Shown: piece by piece, positions 19,593 through 30,647 of the stretch
Numbering within the stretch: position 1 is the stretch's first letter
Layout of the letters: the number at the start of each line of letters is the position of its first letter
Origin: an uncultured delta proteobacterium
GTDB lineage: Bacteria > Desulfobacterota > Desulfomonilia > UBA1062
Direction of reading: 5' to 3'
Assembly (NCBI GenBank): GCA_963785235.1
Contig: CAWAUM010000005.1
Span: 448,001-512,000, forward strand
Length of the DNA stretch: 64,000 bases
Notes under the pieces: generated by a model
Told to the model about the DNA's origin: nothing
Databases searched by the model: none
What the model saw: the letters and a program-made list of their open reading frames with translations, nothing else
Translations under genes and position numbers: made by a program

Positions 19593-21398
19593 TTAATCAC
19601 TATCCTTATACATTCTTTCGATCTCATGAGCAAAGTTCGCAGAGACTACATTTCGTTTGATCTTGAGTGTGGGAGTGAGTTCTCCGGTCTCAATGCTGAA
19701 TTCCTTCGGAAGAATTGTGAACCTGCGGATCTGTTCCACCCTTGCATAATCCTTCATGAGCATCTTAAGCTTATCATTATAAAAAGAAACGATCTCCGGC
19801 TTTTTAACGAGGTCTTCAGGTGAATCGAAAGAAATACCATGTTTATTAGCATAGTTATTCAGCTCAATGAAGTTAGGTACAATCAATGCGCTTAGGTACT
19901 TTTTGCCTTCACCAATTACAACTGACTGTTCGATAAAGAGATCCGAAACAAGGGTGTTCTCGATATTCTGGGGGGCGATGTTTTTTCCACCAGCCGTCAC
20001 TATGATGTCTTTCTTGCGGTCGGTAATATAAAGACATCCGCGTGCATCAATTTTTCCTATATCCCCGGTCATGAACCAGCCGTCTTGCGTAAAGACCGAC
20101 TTGGTATCGTCGGGTTTGTTGTAGTATCCCTTCATTACCTGGGGCCCTTTGATGAGGATCTCCCCGTCCTGAGCGATCATGACCCGGGTATCAGGCAATG
20201 CGGGACCGACCGAACCAAATTCAAAAACATCAAACCGGTTCACATTGGTGACAGGTGTCGTTTCTGTGAGTCCATAGCCATTGTGCACCGAAACACCTAT
20301 ACCGTTGAAGAATCTGTCGATCTCGGGGGCAAGGGCGCCTCCCCCGCTTATGAATAACTTTATACGGTCCAGACCAAGCGTTACGCGCATATTTGAAAAG
20401 ACTATTGCCTCGGCGAGGTCATACTGTATTTTAATGGTAGGAGGCAATGGCTTGTGTTGTACCATGTAATCCACAGCACGGTCTGAGACATTAATTGCCC
20501 ACTCAAAGAGCTTCTTTTTCACAGGGGTTGATTTGTCGGCTTTTGTTTTTATCCCAGAGTAGAGTTTTTCAAATAGCCTGGGAACGCTCACCATCAAGGT
20601 GGGTCTGGTTTCCTGCATGTTCTCGAGTACAGTGGCAAAGCTCTCGGCAAGATTGATGACCGCACCTATGTGAATCATGAGATAGAGAGATACGGTCCTG
20701 CCAAGGGAATGGCTCAAGGGAAGCAAAGCAAGCGACTCGTCCTGGTGGTTGATCATAGGGTGTGATGCATAGGCCTGAAGCACATTGGCGTGGAAGTTAC
20801 CATGGGTGAGCATAACTCCCTTGGGTTGCCCTGTTGTTCCGGATGTATAGATAAGGGTGGCGAGGCTATCCGTATTGATGGCGTTCATACGTTCCTCGAA
20901 GATCGATTTGTCTTTTACCGCATCACCTCTAATCATAAGCTCATCGAGGCTCATGATTTTTTCTCCAGGTATTTTGATTGGATCGAAGGTGATGATATAT
21001 TCAAGATGAGAAATCTTGTTTTTTATGGATAGGATTTTGTCCAGGTGCTCTTTGTCCGACACAAAGACCACCTTGGCCCCCGAGTCGTTTATAATGTAAG
21101 CAGCCTCTGAGCCGGAGTTTGTAGCATAGATGGGAACATCTGTGGCCCCAATGGACAACGATGCAAGGTCCGCCACAATCCACTGCCAACAGTTTTCAGA
21201 AAAAATGCCGATCTTATCTTGCGGATTTACACCCAGAGAAATGAGACCCAGACCGACTTTGGTTACCATATTCCGCATTTCGTTCCAGCTGATGGGTGTA
21301 TATCTTCCGTCTTTTTTGTACCTCACGCATGTTTCATACTGATAACGATCCGCCCTGTTATGGAAGATGCCGGCCATGTTTTTTTCAGAATAACCCAT
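19593..21398 (-). CDS. Long-chain fatty acid-CoA ligase (AMP-forming)
   Basis: IYTSGTTGQPKGV, GYGLTET, TGDIG, GGKNIAPQ and ELTPTLKIKR. Confidence 0.93.
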   Translation of the reverse strand: MGYSEKNMAGIFHNRADRYQYETCVRYKKDGRYTPISWNEMRNMVTKVGLGLISLGVNPQDKIGIFSENCWQWIVADLASLSIGATDVPIYATNSGSEAAYIINDSGAKVVFVSDKEHLDKILSIKNKISHLEYIITFDPIKIPGEKIMSLDELMIRGDAVKDKSIFEERMNAINTDSLATLIYTSGTTGQPKGVMLTHGNFHANVLQAYASHPMINHQDESLALLPLSHSLGRTVSLYLMIHIGAVINLAESFATVLENMQETRPTLMVSVPRLFEKLYSGIKTKADKSTPVKKKLFEWAINVSDRAVDYMVQHKPLPPTIKIQYDLAEAIVFSNMRVTLGLDRIKLFISGGGALAPEIDRFFNGIGVSVHNGYGLTETTPVTNVNRFDVFEFGSVGPALPDTRVMIAQDGEILIKGPQVMKGYYNKPDDTKSVFTQDGWFMTGDIGKIDARGCLYITDRKKDIIVTAGGKNIAPQNIENTLVSDLFIEQSVVIGEGKKYLSALIVPNFIELNNYANKHGISFDSPEDLVKKPEIVSFYNDKLKMLMKDYARVEQIRRFTILPKEFSIETGELTPTLKIKRNVVSANFAHEIERMYKDSD

Positions 21399-21522
21399 GA
21401 TATCCTCCTTCTAATTTCTTAAGGTGCCCTCAACTTCTCTTGATGTATGAGTTGATGTTCATATATTATTTTTCATAGATCAACCATTATTTAACGCAGT
21501 AAATTCCATTCCCGGAGAAAGG

Positions 21523-21551
21523 TTGCCAGAGGTTTTGAAATTGACTATAGT
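21523..21551 (+). promoter_or_regulatory. Putative sigma70 promoter giving a leaderless transcript (TTGCCA-N17-TATAGT)
   Basis: -10 ends at 21551 and ATG is at 21559, with no SD between them. Confidence 0.55.
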
Positions 21552-21558
21552 ACCACCG

Positions 21559-22395
21559 ATGACGAATGCCTTAAGCATAGATCTTGAAGAATATTTTCAG
21601 ATTCACGCCCTGGCAGGATTGATTCAACCTGACAGGTGGCCCGACTTCCCTTCTTCGATTGAAGATAATACGGTGAGAATCCTGGACCTGCTTGAAAATT
21701 TCCGCATCAGGGCTACCTTTTTCTGCCTGGGTTGGATCGCCGAGCATCACAAGGGACTCATCAGGCGTATTCACAGCCAGGGCCATGAGATAGCTTGTCA
21801 TGGGTTTGCCCACCAGGTCATCTACCAGCAGGATAAGGTTGTGTTCCGTAAAGACGTATCAAGGGCCAAAGATATCCTTGAGGATGTAACAGGGGAGCCT
21901 GTCATAGGGTATCGTGCCCCTACCTATTCCATCACAGAAAAGACCTTATGGGCTCTGACCATCCTTGAAGAGCTCGGATTCAGATATGATTCAAGCATAT
22001 TCCCCATCTATCATGATAACTATGGTATGCCCAATGCCCCCCGGTTTCCCTACCTATTGCCTGACAGCACCCTTGTGGAGTTCCCAATATCCACACACAA
22101 GGTTGGACCGATAAATATCCCCATATCAGGAGGTGGTTATTTCCGCCTGCTCCCCTACTTTTTTACAAAAATCGCTTTGAAGGCATTGATGCACACTAAT
22201 AATCCCTTCGTTTTTTACATTCATCCCTGGGAGTTGAACCCGGATACCCCAAGAGTAGCGGGTATGGATGTTCGCTCCCGTTTCAGAACCTATGTGGGAA
22301 TAGGTACTTCTTTTCAGAAATTCTCTTCACTGCTGCAGGATTTCTCATTTGCTCCCATTCGCGATGTTCTTACCGAAATGAAACTGCTTTCTTAA
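21559..22395 (+). CDS. Polysaccharide deacetylase, DUF3473/XrtA (PEP-CTERM)-associated type
   Basis: NALSIDLEEYFQ, ATFFCLGW, HEIACHG, GYRAPTYS, GGGYFR and FYIHPWE. Start placed at ATG 21559. Confidence 0.88.
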   Translation: MTNALSIDLEEYFQIHALAGLIQPDRWPDFPSSIEDNTVRILDLLENFRIRATFFCLGWIAEHHKGLIRRIHSQGHEIACHGFAHQVIYQQDKVVFRKDVSRAKDILEDVTGEPVIGYRAPTYSITEKTLWALTILEELGFRYDSSIFPIYHDNYGMPNAPRFPYLLPDSTLVEFPISTHKVGPINIPISGGGYFRLLPYFFTKIALKALMHTNNPFVFYIHPWELNPDTPRVAGMDVRSRFRTYVGIGTSFQKFSSLLQDFSFAPIRDVLTEMKLLS

Positions 22396-22402
22396 AATAT
22401 CA

Positions 22403-24392
22403 CTAATCATTCACAAGCGCCTTTCTGGCCTCGTCCCTGGTTTCATAGATATGAGGGGCTAATTTACGTTTTTTAAGGGCATCCCCAAGCTTCATCCGCA
22501 AGAATGTGTTGGTTGTGTAGCGTGTAACACCTGAATAGTATTTCTTTACCACCCTTTTCACCATGTCGGTGTACTCGTCTACAAGCTCAGGCATGATATC
22601 GAAATGGTCGTAATTGACAATTGTGTACACCTTTTTTCCTAAAGGTAAACAAATATTGGTGACCATTTCTTCTATATCCTTAATATCTTTGCTATTTCTT
22701 ATCTTATGCCCTTCAAAATTGACAAAGAAAAGGTTCTCATCAGCATCATAAGTCAGTCGTTCTTCAAGCTGTAGTTCTGTGAGGTCATTCAGCAGGCCCA
22801 TGGCCGATGGAGCGAAAATCCTCTCATCCATCAGGCGTGGTTTGTTTTTCATGATGGGTATGAAATTCATGTGGCAAAGGATATCTTTTTCAATATCGAT
22901 ACCCGGCGCAACCTCCAAGAGTTCCATGCCCTCTTTTGTCAGCGAGAACACGCACCGTTCGGTGATGTAATAAACAGGCTGCCTCTTCATCATGGCATAT
23001 TGTCCGCTGAAGGTTACCTGTTCCACCTTTTCCAGAAACTTCCTTTCTATTCCCTCCTGGTCGATGATAAGTTTTCCGTCTCTGACAGATGACCTTGAGT
23101 CCTTCTGCTGTGAAGGTACCTACAAAGATTACCTTCCTTGCGTTCTGGCTGATGTTGATGAATCCGCCGCAACCGGCAAGCCTGGTGCCGAACTTGCTTA
23201 CATTCGTATTCCCTTGACTGTCTGCCTGGGCAAGCCCCAAGAAACAGCAATCGAGCCCGCCGCCGTCATAGAAGTCGAACTGGTAGGGTTGGTCGATGAC
23301 ACAATCAGGGTTCGTGGAAGCACCGAAGCTCAGGCCGCCGGCCGGCATTCCACCGATAGTGCCGGGTTCGGTAGTCAGCGTGATATATTCAAGGATCTTT
23401 TCTTCGTTGGCCACCTGTGAGACACCCTCGGGCATACCGATGCCGAGGTTAATGATGCTGTTGCCCTTAAGCTCAAAGGCTGCCCTTCGGGCAATGATTT
23501 TCCTCGCCCCCATCTCCATGGGAGGCAAAGACTGCATGGGGATCTTCAGTTCGCAACTGTATGATGGGTTGTAACGTTCGATAAAGGTCATGAAATGGTT
23601 TTCAGGGCGAGCGACAACAACACAGTCCACCAGAATGCCCGGGATCTTCACCTGCCGGGCATTGAGCGTCCCGCTTTCCGCAATGCGCTCCACCTGGACA
23701 ATCACAAAGCCGCCGGAGTTCTTGGCAGCCATGGCTATGGCCAATGCCTCAATGGTCAGCGCCTCTTTCTCCATGCTGATATTCCCATCCGTGTCGGCAG
23801 TGGTGCCACGGAGAATTGCTACATTTATGGGAAAGGTCTTGTAGGCAAGGTAATCCTTGCCATCAAAACTGACGAGTTCAACCAGGTCTTCCTTGGTTCT
23901 CTCATTTATCTTACCTCCACCAAAACGCGGGTCGATATAGGTCCACATGCCGACAGTGGTAAGGGTGCGGGGCTTATGGGCAGCAATGTCTCGAAACATA
24001 TGAGAGATTACTCCCTGGGGGAGGTTGTAGGCATCGATCTTGTTTTCAATTGCCAGTTTCCCCAGCTTGGGGGCTAGCCCCCAATGACCGCCTATAACCC
24101 TTTTTACAAGACCTTCATGGGCAAGGTGGTTGAGCCCTTTGTCTTTTCCATCCCCCTGCCCTGCCGCATACACCAAGGTGAGGTCTCTGGGTCTGCCTGT
24201 GGCCAAAAAGTATTCCTCAATCTTCTGCAGGATCTCCTCAGGCACACCGATACTGACAAATCCCCCTGTTGCAATGGTGTCACCATCCTGAATGACCTGG
24301 ATGGCCTCCTGAGCGGAAACAATTTTACCTTTCCTCATCCTGGAAGGTGGTAAATCGGAGAGCATGGGATGGATACTGCCGCGTCTGGGCAT
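22403..24392 (-). CDS. Fused alpha/beta acyl-CoA:acetate CoA-transferase (YdiF/Pct type) with extra C-terminal domain; apparent frameshift near 23090
   Basis: [31 protein letters not shown] (catalytic Glu) and GCGGFINI. Removing one base joins ...GLKV to [13 protein letters not shown]...[16 protein letters not shown] before ATG 24392. Confidence 0.88.
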
Positions 24393-24414
24393 AAGGATCT
24401 CCTCTTTGCGAAAT

Positions 24415-25389
24415 CTACTGGTCAAAAGGAATCGACCCCGGCATGTGGCGCAAGTGAGCTGTGGCACGTGACTTCGTGGAAAAATCAGCGAATGCCCTTT
24501 TCACGGCATCTTCGTGGAGATCCAGGGCACTTGCCACCTCAGGTACAGCGATGTCATGCTCCCATCCATAGAGGAGGTGGTCGAGCTTATCAAAGGGGAT
24601 ACGGAAGAAAAATTCCTGATCGCTCACGGGCAGGCTGAAGGTATCGGGGCTTGGTGCGCGGTTGATGATCTCTGGGGTAACACCCAGGTAGTCGGCGAGC
24701 TGGTAGATCTGGTTCTTGTACAGGTGTGCGATAGGCTCTATATCCGTGCCTCCATCACCATATTTACAGAAATCTCCCAGCAGGTATTCAGTACGGTTCG
24801 TCGTACCTGCGACCACCAAGCCACCTCGTTCAGCCTCGTTATAGAGGTGGATCATGCGTGCCCTGATCTTTATGTTGGCAAAAGAGGTTATGGTCCTGAA
24901 TGCGTCAAATGTAAGCCTTTTCTTCTTCATTGTCCCATCGGGCAGGGCTACCTGTAGGACATAGAAGCTGAAGGCATCTCGTTCCAGGAGGTCTGTTGGG
25001 AGCGTGATATTATACCGGCACGAAGGTGAATATTCAGGGACCAGGGAGCGGATGAACTCGTCTCTTAAGGCATAGGGCATCACACTGTCTACAGTGGGGG
25101 TGATATCAATCTCTTTCCAGCCGATGCCAAGCTTCTCTGCATGGACCCTTGCATAACTGCTGCTTATGGGGTTTGATTCCTTTTCCGGCAAAATGAGACC
25201 CTTTACCGCCCCCTTTCCCACGGCACGAACAGCGAGTTCACTCATGACCGCAGAATCGATGCCCCCGCTTAAACCCACTACGATCCCTGATCGTCGGTAT
25301 ACCGAATTCACCTGTTCCTGAAGGAATTCAACCAGACGAACTGTCTGGGCAGCCGGGTCGATGCGTAAGATATCAGTACCGAATTTCAT
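24415..25389 (-). CDS. nadE: NH3-dependent NAD+ synthetase
   Basis: [36 protein letters not shown] and PIAHLYK. Confidence 0.92.
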   Translation of the reverse strand: MKFGTDILRIDPAAQTVRLVEFLQEQVNSVYRRSGIVVGLSGGIDSAVMSELAVRAVGKGAVKGLILPEKESNPISSSYARVHAEKLGIGWKEIDITPTVDSVMPYALRDEFIRSLVPEYSPSCRYNITLPTDLLERDAFSFYVLQVALPDGTMKKKRLTFDAFRTITSFANIKIRARMIHLYNEAERGGLVVAGTTNRTEYLLGDFCKYGDGGTDIEPIAHLYKNQIYQLADYLGVTPEIINRAPSPDTFSLPVSDQEFFFRIPFDKLDHLLYGWEHDIAVPEVASALDLHEDAVKRAFADFSTKSRATAHLRHMPGSIPFDQ

Positions 25390-25450
25390 GCGTTCTCCTC
25401 ATGTTTATTCATCCAAGTCAAGAATCACTGTTCCCGGTTAAGATCATTTT

Positions 25451-26485
25451 CTAGACAGGTCTTCTCTCAGCATTTATGAGTGTCAAGGCCTCAATACCTT
25501 TGGGATTGACCTCCTTGAGAAATCGCTTTACCAGGATATCTTCAGGGTCCTTCACCTTCTTGAGTGCCTGTGCCACATCGATCTTGCCGGCGGCAAAGGT
25601 CTCATGGCCTCCACCCTTGCCGATGCCAAGGGCAATCTTGTGCGCAAGAACCCCGGCCATGTAGTTCGTTCTCTTGGCCCGGATAGAGAAGAGGACGGAT
25701 CCGTTATGCCTTCCATAGCACATGCACCAGCGTATGCCTTCCAACTGGATCAGTTCGTCGGCAAATTCTCCTATCATCTCGGGCCAACTGATAACGTCGA
25801 GCCTGGCTATGATGGCATCCCCGAATATCCTTGCGTTGTTAAGGACTGAATTGAGTTCTTCAAAGTATTGCCGGGGTTTATCCGGATGTTCGATTCGGGA
25901 GAGCTTTTTCTGGAGTATGTGGGGAAAAAGATGGATAGATGCACGGATGTCAGCATCCGTGGATTGTCTGCCCAGATCGCGTGTATCGGATTTGATCCCG
26001 TAATAGAGTGCTGTGGCAACCTTTCTGTCCACCTCGACGCCACTTGAACGCAGGTACTGGGTGACGATGGTAGATGTGCTGCCCACATCCTTAGGGATAT
26101 CAAGGTATTCGGCTTTAAGTGAAGTCTTTCGTAAAGGATGGTGATCGATGATGATGCTGGGGAATACCCCTTTAGGCAGATCGAGGTTACCCGTATGGGG
26201 CTGGCAGTCCACAACGGCGATTACTGAAAAGTTCCTGGGGGAAACAGTATTCAGAGGAACCAGATCTATACCTAAGATCTTCACCATGGCACGGTTTTCA
26301 GCCCTGCCGATAATCCCGCTGTACGCTATGACGCTTGAGATGCCTGCGACCTTCCTGAAGAGGTGTTTAAGTCCGAAGGCAGCGGCAATGCTGTCCGGAT
26401 CGGGGTTCTCGTGGGTAATGATGAGCACCTTGCGTTTCCCCTTGAGGAGACTGAGCAGTTTTTCATCTAACGCATGCCTGGTCAT
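25451..26485 (-). CDS. DHH/DHHA1 phosphoesterase
   Basis: THENPDPD, VVD, IDHH, GIKSDT and GGGH. Confidence 0.9.
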   Translation of the reverse strand: MTRHALDEKLLSLLKGKRKVLIITHENPDPDSIAAAFGLKHLFRKVAGISSVIAYSGIIGRAENRAMVKILGIDLVPLNTVSPRNFSVIAVVDCQPHTGNLDLPKGVFPSIIIDHHPLRKTSLKAEYLDIPKDVGSTSTIVTQYLRSSGVEVDRKVATALYYGIKSDTRDLGRQSTDADIRASIHLFPHILQKKLSRIEHPDKPRQYFEELNSVLNNARIFGDAIIARLDVISWPEMIGEFADELIQLEGIRWCMCYGRHNGSVLFSIRAKRTNYMAGVLAHKIALGIGKGGGHETFAAGKIDVAQALKKVKDPEDILVKRFLKEVNPKGIEALTLINAERRPV

Positions 26486-26488
26486 GGT

Positions 26489-26975
26489 TTAATCCTTCTG
26501 GGCAAGATGGATCATATCATATATACGGGAAATATGGGTACCTTTCCAATAGATGCGGCCGCATAGGGGCATCCGGCAAAATTTCGTGTGTGGCATACAC
26601 ATAGTCCGCCACATGACCCTTTACCTCATCGCGGGATCTGTCCACCAGGAGTGTATTGCAGCGGCTGCATCTGATAAAGGGCTCATGCTTAAGATCAAGA
26701 AGAGATGTAAGTTCCTGAAGCTGATCTTGTACATGGTCATGCGAAATAAACACCATGCCTCTTTTTTCAGATAACGTGCCTTTTCTTGTCAGTACGATTC
26801 TGCCGCTTTGCATGGCCTGTTTCATGAAGTCTTCGTCCCATTTGGGCATAAATTCTGTATCAAAGCCAAGGATCCTCAGCCATTTGGCGAGTCTGCCCAG
26901 GTTCTGATCACACAGAAAACGGACCTGATGCCCTGAATGCATCCCTGACATGGAATACCTTCTTGTTCCGATCAA
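26489..26975 (-). CDS. Mut7-C RNase (PIN-like) domain protein; C-terminus frameshifted
   Basis: FLCDQNLGRLAKWLRILGFD and RCSRCN. The expected end (GCP..CGRIYWKGTH...KD*, stop at 26489) sits in shifted frames at 26489-26580. Confidence 0.82.
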
Positions 26976-27286
26976 TAGTGATTACATCATAACGCATCAG
27001 TGCTTCTATCATACCTTTTGTCTTCAGGTAAGCAAGGGAGGCCCTTATGATCCTTTGCTGCTTCCATACCGGGATCCACTCGAGGGGGTCTCCAAACAAC
27101 GTGTCCTTTGTTGTTGACTTCACTTCAATAAAAACAATCATTTCGTTTATCTTTTGCAATGATATCGATCTCACCGGAACATGCATGAAAGTTGGCAGCA
27201 AGGATTGTGAAACCCTCATGCCTTAAATATTCTCTGGCTATCTCTTCGCCGAGAGCACCTTTTTCTCGGGATGATCTAGGACACAC
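26908..27286 (-). CDS. yraN: YraN (UPF0102) family protein; apparent frameshift near 27148
   Basis: GTG 27286 gives KGALGEEIAREYL..GFTILAANF..GEIDIIA, continuing as IVFIEVK...RYDVI in the track ORF frame. Confidence 0.85.
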
Positions 27287-27866
27287 CTCTAAAGGATCTC
27301 CTGTGGATCTGACTTGGGCCTAGCCTGTAGATGGCCTCCATATGGGCTTTGGTAGGATACCCCTTATGCACTGAGAACCCGTAGCCCGGGTACAGTTCAT
27401 CCAATTTTCCCATGTATCTATCCCGGGTTACTTTTGCTACGATGCTTGCAGCTGATATTGATGGTTCCGTGGCATCACCCTTGACCACGGTGATGCATCT
27501 GCAATCAAGAAGCGGCGGCACATTTCCATCCACCAGGGCACATGCAGGACAGATGGCAAGTTTACCCACAGCCTGGGCCATGGCCATCAAGGTGGACTTC
27601 AGGATATTAATTTCATCAATGGTTGCAGCATCCACCATGGAGATGCCGATGTAAACCTCATTTGAGGACATGAGCATCCCAAAGATCTTTTCTCTTTGCG
27701 TTTCACTAAGACGTTTTGAATCTCTTACGAGAGATCGCAAAGGACTCTTGGGATCCATGATTACCGCAGCAGCAACGACAGGGCCCGCCAGAGGGCCCCT
27801 GCCGGCCTCATCCACACCACACAAGGGCCATATACCCTGTGCAATGAGATCTTCTTCCAGGGGCAT
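27276..27866 (-). CDS. rnhB: Ribonuclease HII
   Basis: GVDEAGRGPLAGPV, DSK, VDGN, SISAASIVAKVTRD and HRRSF. Confidence 0.97.
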   Translation of the reverse strand: MPLEEDLIAQGIWPLCGVDEAGRGPLAGPVVAAAVIMDPKSPLRSLVRDSKRLSETQREKIFGMLMSSNEVYIGISMVDAATIDEINILKSTLMAMAQAVGKLAICPACALVDGNVPPLLDCRCITVVKGDATEPSISAASIVAKVTRDRYMGKLDELYPGYGFSVHKGYPTKAHMEAIYRLGPSQIHRRSFRGVS

Positions 27867-27867
27867 G

Positions 27868-28212
27868 CTAGAAGCGGATCTCCTTGAGCCGTGCCGCCTT
27901 TCCTCTCAATTCTCTCATGTAGTAGAGTTTTGCACGCCTTACCTTTGAATGCCCTACTATCTCGATCTTTTCGACACTGGGTGCATGAAGAGGGAATACC
28001 CTTTCAACGCCGACGGAGTAGGACTGTTTGCGCACGGTAATGGAAGCCCGGTTATTCCCTCTGTGACGGGCGATAACAACACCTTCGAATAACTGTATGC
28101 GCTGACGTGTACCTTCAACGATCTTCATGGATACACGGACCTTGTCTCCTATGCGTATCTCGGGAAGTTCTTCCTTCATCTGTGCCTTTTCAAATTCATC
28201 AATGATGTTCAT
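27868..28212 (-). CDS. rplS: 50S ribosomal protein L19
   Basis: [17 protein letters not shown] and KVRRAKLYY. Confidence 0.98.
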   Translation of the reverse strand: MNIIDEFEKAQMKEELPEIRIGDKVRVSMKIVEGTRQRIQLFEGVVIARHRGNNRASITVRKQSYSVGVERVFPLHAPSVEKIEIVGHSKVRRAKLYYMRELRGKAARLKEIRF

Positions 28213-28744
28213 TTATTACCTCCTGCGCGATCCTGTCTATTGCTATTGATACGGCAGAGCGTACGGAAAGATGATTGAAGTCGCCCCTTCCCGCAATAGG
28301 TTCTATCACGGCGTCGAATGTGCCAAAGAGACGCGGTGATATACCCCACCCTGTACCAAACAACAGGCACATATCCTGTGAGCAGGCACGACTTCGAGCC
28401 TCAGCCCATGATATGCATCCTTCTATCCCGGCGGCTGACGTACCTACCAAAAACGCTCCTGTCTGCCGCTTTATCTCATCTATATCACGAACGAGCCGAA
28501 TAATCTCTAATGCTCTTTTTCTTAAGGGATTATACTGCCCACCAAAACCTATAAGCCAGTGGTCGATGATCTTCTGAGCAAAATCCAATTGGCTCTGGTT
28601 TGGGTGAACGATATAGAGCGTATTGATGCCGTATGTCAAGCATACTCTTGCACAATCGTGCAAATCAAGATTGGTGATAGCTGTTGCAATCTCCTGACCA
28701 TTCTTGTCAAGGCATGGCCAGTGAAGTAATCCGATACTGAGCAT
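28199..28744 (-). CDS. SPOUT-class RNA methyltransferase (TrmD-associated family)
   Basis: [18 protein letters not shown] and [12 protein letters not shown]; lies between trmD and rplS. Confidence 0.85.
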   Translation of the reverse strand: MLSIGLLHWPCLDKNGQEIATAITNLDLHDCARVCLTYGINTLYIVHPNQSQLDFAQKIIDHWLIGFGGQYNPLRKRALEIIRLVRDIDEIKRQTGAFLVGTSAAGIEGCISWAEARSRACSQDMCLLFGTGWGISPRLFGTFDAVIEPIAGRGDFNHLSVRSAVSIAIDRIAQEVINEHH

Positions 28745-29475
28745 AGTTGAATCCCCTTAAGGCTGTTCCTTGGTCTTGCCGGGGATGGAGCCCTGTGGAG
28801 ACAATGATTTTCTTCATGAGATCGGGCCTGACTTCACGGGTTTTTTCTCGTGCTGTCTTCTCACGCCATAACCTGATCTCTTCATGGTTTCCTGAAAGAA
28901 GAACATCCGGGACCTTAAGGCCTCTGAATTCCCTTGGTTTCGTATAGTGCGGGTGTTCCAGTATGCCTTCGTAGTGGGAGTCTCCGGTATGTAGGGTGTC
29001 CTGTGCCGAGAACACCTGGAATGAGCCTCACAATGGCATCTGTCATGACCATGGCGGGTATTTCTCCTCCGGTGAGGACATAATCGCCTATGGAGAGTTC
29101 TTCGTCTACAAAAAGCTCTGATACCCGTTCATCCACTCCTTCATAATGACCGCAGATAATCGTTATCGTATCCTGCCTGCTCAGCCGTAAGGCATCTTCC
29201 TGTGAGAACAACCGCCCCCTTGGCGTGGTAAGGATAACCTTGCCTTGTTCTTCAAGACTTTCAAGAGCCGCGGCAATGGGTTCAGGCTTCAGGATCATGC
29301 CCCCACCACCGCCATAGGGTGTATCATCAACGACCAGGTGAGGACCAAGACCATAATCCCGCAAGGGAACTATGTGGATTGTGACGAGTTCTTTTGCTAT
29401 GGCCCTGGAAATCATGCTTTCGTTGAAGGCGCCTGAAAACATGTCAGGGAAAAGGGTGATAATGTTGATGTTCAT
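28707..29475 (-). CDS. trmD: tRNA (guanine37-N1)-methyltransferase; apparent frameshift near 29005
   Basis: [29 protein letters not shown] and [11 protein letters not shown] in one frame; LEHPHYTKP and [10 protein letters not shown] in the next. Confidence 0.93.
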
Positions 29476-29487
29476 GAATGAAGGTCT

Positions 29488-29992
29488 TTAATCAAGGAGG
29501 CCTTCCAAGAGTGATGCATCAATAGTAATGCAGCCCTTCTCGAGTGATATCTCCTTGATAACGTCTTTGGTGGCGGGTATGTAATACTGTTTTGACTTGT
29601 CTACCACGTATACATCATTGCTTCCGGTAGAGAAGATGTCCACAATTTCTCCAAGAACACGCCCCTTGCGCTATCCATGACTTTTAGGCCCATGAGGTCA
29701 CGCCAGTAATATTCATCTTCAGCAGGCTCTTCCAGCTGCTCTCTTTTTATATAAAGCGTCTCACCCTTGAGAGGCTCCACCTGGGAGATGTTGGTAAAGC
29801 CTGCGAGTTCGATAATATAAAAGCTTCTCCGGTCTTGTGCGCTGAGGATTTCAAGTGGTGAACCGTTTTTCCCTATTATCAGGTGGGAATAATGAGAAAC
29901 CTCTGAAAAGAATCACCAAAAGGGATGATCTTAATTTTGCCTTTCAGTCCATGAGGACCGCTGATCCGTGCGATCTCTATAAGATCCGTCAT
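29488..29992 (-). CDS. rimM: 16S rRNA processing protein RimM; two apparent frameshifts (~29897, ~29667); missing from the ORF track
   Basis: Manual translation gives IARISGPHGLKG, EDEYYWRDLMGLKV and GEIVDIFSTGSNDVYVV...YIPA; canonical position between khpA and trmD. Confidence 0.9.
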
Positions 29993-29997
29993 TGCAC

Positions 29998-30228
29998 TTA
30001 TTCAATTATTTCCAGCATGGCCCTCTTTTTCAGCTTTGTAGATGCCGCAGTGAGCAGTGTTCGCATTGCGCGTGCCGTACGGCCTTCCTTGCCGATTACC
30101 TTTCCTAAATCCGATTTAGCAACCCTCAACTCGATCACAGAAGTTGCTTCACCTTCAACTTCAAAGACCTTCACCTCATCCGGATTATCCACCAATGCCT
30201 TGGCGATGTACTCAATAAGCTCTCTCAC
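29998..30228 (-). CDS. khpA: KH-domain RNA-binding protein KhpA
   Basis: LVDNPDEV and [17 protein letters not shown]; follows rpsP. Confidence 0.95.
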   Translation of the reverse strand: MRELIEYIAKALVDNPDEVKVFEVEGEATSVIELRVAKSDLGKVIGKEGRTARAMRTLLTAASTKLKKRAMLEIIE

Positions 30229-30262
30229 GGCATCCTCACTTCAACGTTATCAAGCAAACGGA

Positions 30263-30508
30263 TCAGAGCGAATATCCTTTTTGCTTAATGAGCTTTTTCA
30301 CAGCCGGAGAAACCTGTCCGCCGTTATTAACCCATTCTTTAATCCTGTCCATCTTAAGATTGATACTTTCGGGTCTGAACTTGGGGTCGAAATATCCTAC
30401 GATCTCAATAAACCTTCCATCACGCTTGTTGCGTGAGTCGGTAACGACTATACGGAAAAAAGGCTTCTTGGCGGCGCCTCCTCGGGTCAATCTGATGCTG
30501 ACTGCCAT
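30263..30508 (-). CDS. rpsP: 30S ribosomal protein S16
   Basis: MAVSIRLTRGG..KPFFRIVV.DSR..RDGRFIE. Confidence 0.98.
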   Translation of the reverse strand: MAVSIRLTRGGAAKKPFFRIVVTDSRNKRDGRFIEIVGYFDPKFRPESINLKMDRIKEWVNNGGQVSPAVKKLIKQKGYSL

Positions 30509-30647
30509 GTGTATATATTCCCCCTTTTGTTTTCTTTTCTAGGTTGCCACACTTATATTAGTTGCCGAAACAATGTCAAGTCATTTATCCCCGGGCATTA
30601 GCAGCCATTTAAGCAGTAATGAAGCCGTTGCACATCAATATTGAGTA

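Noticed and set aside
28199-29475. TrmD fused to the downstream SPOUT methyltransferase
   Set aside because: The downstream gene has its own SD-like AAGGGG and ATG in a different frame, so I kept them separate. A further indel cannot be ruled out.
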